The position numbers and the translations under genes were made by a program. The notes beneath the pieces are model-generated. The model worked only from the letters and a program-made list of their open reading frames with translations, ran no database searches and was not told where the DNA came from. This document shows, one piece after another, positions 53,626 through 64,000 of a stretch of DNA of 64,000 bases. This stretch comes from Balanoglossus misakiensis (Eukaryota > Animalia > Hemichordata), in the NCBI GenBank assembly GCA_040954595.2, contig CM082585.2, positions 6,783,808 through 6,847,807 of the forward strand, read 5' to 3'. How positions within the stretch are numbered: the stretch's first letter is position 1; each line of letters opens with the position of its first letter.

Positions 53626-53665
53626 AGGTCACTGACCTCTCCCATCCGCTCGCTATGGGCGGGGC
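53626..53665. promoter_or_regulatory. Candidate SCARB promoter elements: perfect IR-1 nuclear receptor site and GC box
   Basis: AGGTCA-c-TGACCT at 53626-53638 and gggcggggc at ~53657-53665, about 280-320 bp upstream of the ATG in a locally GC-rich patch. Confidence 0.45.
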
Positions 53666-56600
53666 AATGTTATACTTGACAAGCTCTCTTTGGCCGTGCT
53701 TGTACCGCTACCGTCGCGACTATATAAATCGGCGGCATTTCATTGCAGGTTTGAAAACCGGTCATATCGTGTAGCGATTCCTCTACGGTACGATTCTACG
53801 TAGTTTGCTGGCGGCCGATGTGACAATGCCCCCCCCCCGGACAGTTCCTGGACGTGGACATGTCTTGGCAACAACGTACGTAGCTGTGGTACGCAGCTGT
53901 ACAGTTGAGGGGGGGGGGGCTGATGACCCCCTTATATAAACAACCATCGTGATAAGAACCTCGACACAAACATGTAAAAAGCAATTGTCATGTAACCTTG
54001 GCCCCAAACACCATGTTACATGTTTTCTAATGTGGATAAGGCACGAGATATGAAATGTCGCGTTGTTTTTGCCAATTTAGCCTACAACTCGGCCGAAATC
54101 TTTAATTTATCTGGAAACTAAATGTGACCTTACAACCTGTTCTTAACTTTCCCCATAACACTAGAACAATGTAAAAAGTTTCTGTGATGTGTTGAGTCCC
54201 GTGACCAGATCCCCGTTGTTTACGTGATTGTATGTGGTTCATCCAAGGGAGGGTCAGGGTTATCGCCGACCTCATTAGACATGCCGACACCAAGAAACTC
54301 ACTACATGTACTCATCTGATGTCACTACAGTTATAATATTATCAGACAGCTACGGAAAGTAAATATTTTCTCGAAGTTGACAGACAAACACGAACGGGCG
54401 GGGGAGTGAAGTCCTTCAACTTTAGTACTTATGTGTTTTTCACATATCCGGAGACCTTCGTATTTCTCTTGAATTTGCAAAGGACAAAGTCTCTCTTGTT
54501 CTACCTATTTGGTGTCAAAAATCCATTACATACTAACTTCAAATCAATAAGCAACTCAAATGATTGACCACACATGGCTGGAAGAATACCGTGAACAATT
54601 GCTTTTGCCTTTTACGCTAAGTTTGAATTTACGTCAAACCGCCGAATCAGTGTAAAACAAAATTATTTTGGTGTGACTTTCACACTATTCACGTGCACTA
54701 TTTCGTCCTTGTGGTGTTTACATCAAGAAGATTGAGTGTAATAAAACTAATCGCTGTGCCATTTTCTCGGTAGTAGCACGTCAAATGAATTATATCCAGC
54801 AGAAAATGCTTTACCCTTCAAGCCTTCAAATGAGAGCTACTTTGTATCTCAGTGGTTGCACTGGGGGAAAATATCAAGATACCCTTTTACAACAAACTGT
54901 TATTTTCAAGGCACATTCTACCTTATAATGAGTGAGTGATAATCGTTTCACACAGATGCATTATTGGGATGACGGGTATACCTGTACTGTCACACTGATA
55001 AAGAAAGTAAGAACGCGATTTTGCCGTAGGCGGCGGGTGTCAAGCTGCCGTATTCCCCGTCCTGACGTCAGCGTCGAAGGTATATTTTTTTTCCTGGCCA
55101 CCGCGGGCGACGTTTATATTATTTGGGTAGAGATACGATATTACAAAGGAGCTATTTAATTCGTGCGCGTTTCCGAGAAAACAACCTACGTATAGAAGTA
55201 ATCATTTTGGGTAAATACGTAAAGAAACACACCAACAATCACAGAGAGTTTTAATCTACCAACGGCGTTGCTTGCCAATTATAGTATCCGGTTCTTCAAA
55301 TGTCACTACGAACTGAAAACAAGAAAGCTACTAATATCGTAGATACACACGGAAATTAGGAATTTGATAACTTTTCCAATTTTAAACAGCAATGTGAACC
55401 CATGCCCACATTAAACCAAATTCGCCTCACACTGGCAATGACGGTGGCGATGTGGAACACCTTAGACAAAACTACTTGAAGATTGCTCGTATACTTCGAA
55501 ACCGTGAAGAAGGCGCTCTTTTAATTCCTACTGTGCAAATCAGTTGAAAAGGACAGATTGAACTTGTCGCTTTAGCTTTTGGCGTTGCCAGATCAATATG
55601 ATATACCTGGACGTGATTCCAGATATATAACTAATATTTCGTATCTTGTAAAAGTTTTTAAAAAGTGCACGCAGTCTCTTGTTGACTTCACCTTGAAACG
55701 CAAGGAAATCTGAGGACTGTCTGAAAACATCAAAATGATGTTGTGGAGAGCGTATTGAGACCCCAAAGCTATCCAACACAGTTCCCCTTTCTCAAGGACG
55801 CTCGTCTGTCGCCAGCATCACTGATGACTTTGTTGATTGCACTGAGAGAGGAAGCGCAGTTTTGGGACCGGACTTTGCCGCTGGTTCATAGTAATACGGG
55901 TATCCGCAAATGTCACCACATGATTTCCCACTCTGTGTATTAACCCAGCCGGCGTTCGCAGGGCAAGAATCATCGCAGCAACGTATACGCGTCCAAGCAT
56001 ATTGTTGTTAGGATAGACAAAATACTATAGGGAACTAGTTGCTCTCAATATTCAAGTAGCGGGGTTGACGTAAGATGTCTTCGGTAAAATTAGATGCCGA
56101 ATACAACCGCTCCGAATGAATGAAATTTATCGATTACACTGTTTATGATGAGAGTGACTCGTAATGATGGGTGCGCGTTTTTGTGACAACCGACTTGTGA
56201 TATCGATAAAACATAACATGAATGACAGATTAAGATATAAAGTGCCAGTGAGATAAAGAGAATGTGCTAATTTTGTCGTGCGCTGCCGACGAACATGACC
56301 GATTTCGCTGTCCACCCGAAACCTGTCGTGCATCAGTCTACAAATCAAATCAAACCTCTCCTGGGAGCCGTGCACTGCGCCGCCTACAGTTCAAAGTCCA
56401 AGCACCATCAATCAAACAGGTGGCGTCTAAAAACCCAGAATTGCTAAGGTGTTACACCAAACATTGCCTTGAACTTGGATCCCACAACACCCCAGGGTCC
56501 ACGCGCGCTAGAATCCGCATCGCTCACGATCCAATGCCATTCCGATAATCTATTTTCATGCAAACGGAGTTTCTTCTGCCCAAACTCGCGTTTCTCCCAT

Positions 56601-58822
56601 GAATATGGCAAACTCACAGTCTTCTCATTTTCCATTCCAAGTCACAAATCGGGTAACAACTGCAAAGTTGCTGAGGAAAGATCTCAGCTGCATATGACTA
56701 ATCAGTGTCGTGGTAGTTTGGAATCAAGATTAACTAGAAACCCTTTAGTTTTATATTTATTCAGTCCTTGTAAGTGGCTGATAAATCATTGTACGCATCT
56801 AAAATAAGATGTTTTAATTTGTACGTCTCATAAGACCTTGGCTTCTAATTATAAACTGTCAATTTCGGCATCTGTCGGCTAAAACTTGACGGCCTTGACG
56901 GTATCAAGGGACCACACTTTCATAAACGGGTAGAGTGGTTATAAATGTTGCATACCGAACACGTTCACCTAATGTAGAAGTCGTGTTCCCAGACAATCTT
57001 TACCTGTGGCTATCATTCGGCGTGCCATCTTCAAAAGTAATAATCACCTGTCTGTGTATGTAGGGCTACAGTCTGCTCTATGGTATCTTTGTGTACCTTG
57101 CGGGCCGTGACCTTCATTAGCTACCAACCCCCCACAACAAGGACTTAGTACCACAGTGTGTTCAACTTATTAGATAATGCGTTTTCGTGTCTCATCGCCT
57201 GTGGACCGAATCAGTTTTTGGCTTCGGCGAGGAATAACTTTTTATAACGTGCGACCGATTCTATTATACTGTACACCATTTCATTCAGATTTGGTATGAT
57301 CTCAGATGAATATTTTGATCACAATAGTAACAATTATAGCTGTAGCTCGATTTTCCACTGGTGCAAAGGGGAGGGTCTCACGGACGAAAAGAAACAGAAA
57401 AAAACGTAGCACTGACGTTTACGTGTGTAAAACCAATTTCAGACACATTTCATTGCAAATAACACAGTCACATCTCCGATGTCCCAGCGTATAGACTCAA
57501 TAGCGCGGAAATCACTTTTGACCACAGTTTTCTAAATTAATTTGTGATCGGCGACATTCACTTATGAGGGTTAATTCCTAAATAATGACATCGTGGCGGG
57601 GATGAAGACAACCGATATTAACTTGGAGGGGAAATTGGGCACGTTTTCAATATGTTTACTTTCTACCGTAGGAATTGAATCATTTTATGGGGTTACGGAA
57701 ACCGAGTTTTTTTTCCAATCACAAGAAAACTTTCAAGCTCACCGGCCATACCGTTGTTAATTGCACATAAGCAGCTAAATAGCGAGTAAGACAATATAAA
57801 ACGTGTAATACAACATACCAATCGACAAACATCCGTCTATAGTCTGTAGCTTAAATGGCTTTCATAAATTTGATAAACCCTTGCATGGACAAACCCCAAA
57901 TTTACTGAAACAACACCAAGGGAATAGAACATGCAAGAACAATATTCTACTTTGTGTGCGGACACAAAACCATCAAAAAATCTTACTCTACTTCTTTACC
58001 TTTGACGCACGCGTAAGCGAACGAGAGACATGGCCTATATCCATCACTTATCAGAAAGTCTACTCCAGTTTATTCAGAGCCATGCACGTATCAGCTCTTA
58101 TTTTGTTTCAGACAGGTCTTGAGGGGAACAGGTCGATAGCACATATCCTTTAACGTTTTCTCCGTGGCTGTTGTTTGAATCTTAGGTTAGTATCTCCCAC
58201 AAGAAAATTATCGATGTTTTTTTCTTCTCCTGTTTCCCTGGCATGCCTTGAATTGACAATGAAGCATTCTCGGTTACCTGTCCGTGATGGCTATGATGAA
58301 TATGCTATGGCGAAATTTAACAAATGCTGGTGTTTGTATATCGCCACCACATCAGTTTGTGAGGAAACGAATTTCATCTGAGATGACAAACAGACATGTC
58401 TGAGTAAAAACTCCCGGTGTCAGTCCGCAAAACCTGTTGCACAAAACGATCAAAACAAATAAAGAATTTAAGCAAGTGAAGACACAATTCCTTGGTAATG
58501 GCCGACTTAATTGCCAGATCATAGACAATCGGTTTAACCTAAGACCTTACGGGTTCAAGAAAACAAGCATCTGTCAACACCACCTGCAGTTAATACCTTA
58601 ATTGTGAGCAATTTAAATCTCTTTTGCGATGTTAGGATCAGTTAATCCCGGGAGACTCATCACAAACGCATGTTTGTTTTCTTTAATCATGTAATTTCCA
58701 TTTGACCCCCAATATAGGTCGATACAGAATTCCCCGTCCCTCCCTCCATACATCCGTTCATCCATCCACCCAATCCATGTGCATACTGACTTACACACAT
58801 CGAAGGCAGATTATAATAACGT

Positions 58823-58824
<2 letters not shown>

Positions 58825-58901
<77 letters not shown>
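58825..58901. repeat. (GA)n microsatellite
   Basis: Directly visible. Confidence 0.97.
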
Positions 58902-58904
<3 letters not shown>

Positions 58905-60450
58905 ACTGATTGTTGAAATACATGTATACACAGATTCAATCGACCGTTCTTGAGAGTTATCCGATTACAATAATTGTCTCGTGGGGTGTAATCCTTTATG
59001 ACGTACGACGTCTAGATGTTATTGACATACAGAAGATAGATAACTCATTCTAGCGCCACAGATTTCTGTTAGATTCACCGAATATCAATAAGCATGCCAT
59101 GCCCCTGAGCTCTTGGAACATTCTCCCGGGGTTCCATGTCGGAAAATTCAAGGGAACACGTGTGTTGAAAGTCCTTTTTTACATTACATGCCTGGGTTAT
59201 TTGTCCCCGCGAAGCGAGTCTTCCAGAATGAGTTTTGTCAAGAGCTAGAACATGTCGGTCTGAACGGTTTGAGTTCAAACTCGACACGAGGATGTTGTGT
59301 GAATAAAAAGTGTTATATCACTTCAAATGAACAGCAATTATGAACTTTGGCTTATAGGCCTATGATGAAAGGCAGTACCTCATCTAAAAGTTGGTCACGA
59401 CGGGTGTGTGACCGGCATTTCAAATCCCAGATCCCATTTTAGACCATTTTCACTAAAAATATATTCCCCTGTCAAAACATCAGATCGATGAAATGCAAAT
59501 AGTATCTCAAATTTTTAGACTTTGTATGGATGAATTTAGAATAGGGCCTACCCCATTTTACACTATCTGACCCACGAGAATACGGATAGGTAAACCGCGA
59601 GATTTTGATCCCAAGAATGAATATCTGTAATTGGTAATTCTCAAGAGTTTTCGTGAATCCGAGCAGTAAAATAACTTCATCAGTCAAAACCGTAACTTTT
59701 CATCATCAGACCGGACGTACGTACGTGTACTCTGTTGCATGTCTCATATCTGGAAGGAAGAATTTGCATAACAATAGCAAACTATCAACAAAGTTTCCTT
59801 TTGCATATATGCGGGCGACCGGACGACATGCATTTGGGAGCAAGACCTGGATGGAATTGCGGTTTTCTTCAAGTGGCCAGTCTTACAACTTTGGCGTTGA
59901 TGTGGACTGTTCTGTTCTGAAGTTGAAGAACATAATGTACGTGAAATACGGCAGAAAATTGACTCTGTTCGCGGTCAATCAAATCAGTGTGATGTGTGAC
60001 ATTGCGTATAAAAACAAACGTGCAACGTGATATTTCAAATTTCAAGGATCGTGACTCGACATCAAGATTCTTGTAAGGTGAAGGACCATCCTTTTCAGTT
60101 TTGTATCCTTTAATTTCAAAGTTTCTAGACAAGGTGTGGGTAAGTGTGTTTTATTTATGATCTTCTGTTAGCGTTATTTTTCATGACCGGAAACTGTAAT
60201 TAATAATGTACCATTGCGTCTGGCCGCCATGATGCATGCATGGCTGATTTGCATGAAAGTAATGTTGCCGTCCGTTTTTTGCATTGCAAGCTTTGTAAAG
60301 TTATTGGGTGTCCAGGAATCTGCTGCAGCCGGGTTGTGGAAAAACCTCGCTGCGCCGGTGAACTGTCGTGTGCCCTCGCTTCGAGCTGCTTTGCAAATTA
60401 CTGACGCGGTTTTGTTTGGCCGTCTGGCGAACTTGCAGCAGACGACCAAC

Positions 60451-60713
60451 GCCACTTTTCATACCCCCCCCCCCCCCCTCCGTGTGACCTTCACATACTG
60501 GCATGTTGTTGGTCCGGTATATTTTGAATTTTAACCCTGGAACAGTCAATTATATTACCGAATTTGTGCTTAGTTATCCTAGAACAGTATTTAAAACTTT
60601 TGTGTGCTACAAAAGTGGAATTATTTCTTGTGTTAGGAGGAATGGGGTCACCAACAAACGACCAGGTCGTAAGGTCACCGAGAAAGGGGGGGGGGGGGGG
60701 TCATGAAAGTGGC
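60451..60713. mobile_element. ~263-bp MITE-like foldback element with long imperfect TIRs containing poly-C/poly-G
   Basis: The left arm gccacttttcata(C)n...gtgacctt...ctgg...ttgttggt matches the reverse complement of the right arm accaacaa...ccagg...aaggtcac...(G)ntcatgaaagtggc. Confidence 0.75.
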
Positions 60714-63700
60714 CTATATTTTGTCAACTCAAAATAGTCTATAGAGGCGTGTGTCATTATGAAGAGAATGAACAATGTAGCTTTTAGGCTTTAATTGTAT
60801 TTCATTAAATGCATAAATCCCTCAGCATAAAAAATATGCTGTATTCAAGTGTAACTGCACATTTATTCTCTGTAAACTCAGTGTATGACACAAAAATTTA
60901 GCACACAGTAGGTCTACTGATCTCTAACGTGCCAGTGGCTTTAAGAATATCATTTCATATACAACTCTGATATTACTAAATATGAAAAATTTGAATGATT
61001 CTTAGCAAAAAATGTGATGTCACAGACCAAGACAAGCATAAAAAATTGGATTCAACAACGGTCGCAGGGAGCAAAGTCATGTATTTTTTTAAAAATCAAA
61101 CGTCCCTTGGTTGCGAGTTATCTACTTAGGTACATTTCATCTTTGAGGTAACCGTATAACATAGTCTTTTTTATGTCGTAGTATGTGAATTACGCCATTG
61201 TTGGTGTTAGCTTTCATGGCACGCGTGAGCCTATCGATGCGTGATTACATCCCTGTTCGCTTTACTGTCATCATGGGACAGAATGCCCCACATTTTAACA
61301 CAGTTGTATTCTATCATGCACTACTTTATTTAAACACTGTCATTTCTATACAAACCTATAAATTCTCATCTTAGCATGCAAGTAAATCAGACCGCGAGAT
61401 TTTTAGACATGTTGTCTGTCCTGAAGCAACATTGATGTGTACCCCGTTCAAGTTCTGTAAAGAATTCTACACCCATGAATTTCTGTAGAGCTGTTATCAG
61501 CATCTGGCATCTGTCAATTAAATAACAGGAGCATTCATTATTTCTGTAAGTGCTGGCACGGTCAAAAGGCAATCATATCATCCTATACCATGAGCAAGAA
61601 GTTTCTATCGATCCCAAAGGCAGGATTTTCTTTGAAATCAATCACTGCTTTGCCAATGTCAATGTCAAACTCTTTAACATGGAAATGAGCCTCAATCTGT
61701 CACTACGATGGCGTGAAAAGTTCTCCCAATTATGTTTCACATTAAGTTGTTGAATTGTGGTGAATTGGATGTGAAATTGGAAGGTGCCGTGAAAATAAGT
61801 TCCGCGAACTTGTTCCAAATTCGGGAATTCCTGATGAAATTGCCCGGAAACTGAAGTTGTGTTCTGTTTGACATCAATGCAGTGGTTGTGACGTTCTAGT
61901 AGTTTGGGAAATACTCGAGGCGTTGTTTGTGTACGTTGATTCTCAGCACCTACAGCAGAATTGATAACGATGTCGTAACCTGCAAATCCGTGACACGTTT
62001 GCCAAGAAGCTCGATGTAAGTTAATCGAGTCCTTGAATATATCTTGTTGCGTGGTTGAGCTTACTCGAAATTGCAAAGAGGTTGTGATATCCTAGAGCAC
62101 TCTAGCATTGCAAACAGGTTGTGTGTCTAATTGGATTTGGACAAATGACATCAATTAATGTTGTCTTAAAGTCATGCCACAAGGCAGAAACGTGTGCTGT
62201 AGTTTTACGCAATCTCAGCCATCCGTACCCATAATATGTCACGGAACATCCTGCCGGCTCCTATAAAGAAAGTGAAAGTATACTAGCCCCAGGTTGCCAG
62301 AGTCATAGCAATGGTGGTCTATGGTTCAATTGATTTTAATTGGAAGGAACCATGAAATGTATGGTGTGGCAGAATGGCAAATGAACTGACCCTTTAGAGG
62401 AACATTAATTCAGAGTATTTACTTAACCCTAGGCACTATGAGATGGTACATGTAGGCAGATCTTCTTAAATCTCTAGGATATAATATATTGATATCATTA
62501 TACTTTGTCAAAGATAACATTGGCATGATGAAATTTTGGTATATAAATCAGAGGGTTTTCAAGAAGTCAGGAGAATGATTCAGAACATCAGGTCTTGATA
62601 AAGTTGATACAGAAGTGGCTTCAATCCATTGAGATAAAATATGATAAAGCCACTTTACAATACATCCTCTAAGCACAATTTGAGAAGAAGGGACCTGTTT
62701 TAATTAGCTTTTAGCAACAACTCAAACACTCAGACAAATAAAGACCAAAACTGGAAAAATGACATGGATTCTTTGAATTGTGCTTTTGCTGTAGCATTAG
62801 TATACTTAAATTCTCTGTGCAGAGCAGCTTTCGTAAATCAGGTTCATATGTAAAGACGTAAGCGTTTAACATTTTCATCTTGATCAGACGACGTGGGACA
62901 CTGTACTTCTGCCCTTTTGAGTGGCTTACCGCTTTCCAGTAAAAAGGTTACAGACCGGGGCAGGTATTTGGAGGGTATTTCTCACCAAAAATCAGGATGC
63001 GCTTGAATATCTGTCAGATCTAAGCTGCTTGCCACAACAGACCCGGAGGCGCCAGGTGAACTAAAGCTCCCTTGACGCACACCTTGTAAGAAAATAACTT
63101 CAGAGCTGAGTGATATATGTTTTGCACTGAAAGGCGGACAATTGGTTATGTCAGTTTGATGTAAGAAGTTCTTTGAACGGGAAGGGGGGTCGGGTTGAAA
63201 ATACTTTTTGATGTGGAAGAAAATATGCACAGCTGCATCAGTGGCACCTGCAGTATTCTATTTGGCATGTTATTTGCGCCGTGCAGTATCGCATTGCAAG
63301 ACTCTTCTGAAATTCAATTTACCGCGTGCCTTGAAGGATTAAAATCAGATGAAACGTCCAGACAGCTACTCACTTCATTTGAATTTTGCTTGGGGAGTAG
63401 ATCTGCATGTAGACGGTAATTACAATGAGGCGTACGAGTTAACCAATATTGTATGCAAGTGGGACGAAGCAGAACAAGTAATAATATGTTGGATACACAT
63501 GTAGACACGATGGAGAGAAAAAGATATGTCACTAACCATAATGACCCTTTCTAAGTTCTTGCTTGGCTACGACTGGGTGAATGATGGTCGATGGATTAGG
63601 ATGGTCAATGTCTTCAGGCTTTTTCACAGAAATTTAAATGCCGGGCTGCTTGACTATAACACTTGTATTCGAAAGTTCCCGTAAATGGACCATCCTAATG

Positions 63701-64000
63701 GCGCTCCCAGCACATATTCTTCTATCTCTCTATTCGATCAATTTTATGTGACGGACGCGCCGACTTGGGTCCGCCCCCGTACTTCAGAATTGTCCTTTGC
63801 AAGTCTTCTTATGGATGTAAAGTTTAACACCATTAAAGAATACGCCGGGAGTATGAAAACGATGTACAGACACTAATATCCATACTGCTGACATCAAGTG
63901 GTACAAATGTCAGAATAAAGTACAACTTCTAATAACAAAATCCACACCTAATAACCCCACATGCATTTCGAATCCCTCGGTGTACTGCGTGATATTGTGC

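Overview
AT-rich, intron-rich animal genomic DNA; gene content and repeat types suggest a marine invertebrate, possibly a deuterostome (inference). Three spliced genes can be rebuilt by hand with phase-consistent GT-AG introns. (1) The 3' end of a receptor-type guanylyl cyclase on + (583-3085). Its stop codon overlaps a splice donor that joins in frame to a ~376-codon disordered exon (4822-5953). (2) A complete 7-exon nicotinic acetylcholine receptor alpha subunit on + (15057-43678, ~477 aa; YSCC loop C, cation-type GEK M2). (3) A complete 12-exon CD36/scavenger receptor class B gene on - (53348-46628, ~495 aa), ending in a LIMP-2-like dileucine motif and with a competing acceptor that would remove that motif. 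Other content: a MITE whose interior expanded into a 51-bp minisatellite, two further MITEs, microsatellites, and a possible decayed TRIM-NHL-type pseudogene (6.8-11.3 kb). There are also candidate regulatory motif clusters and two short signal-peptide-like ORFs. No prokaryotic systems, CRISPR arrays, tRNAs or rRNAs were seen, and I found no clear novel multi-gene system. The best leads are the alternative C-termini of two membrane proteins and a possible small prepropeptide.
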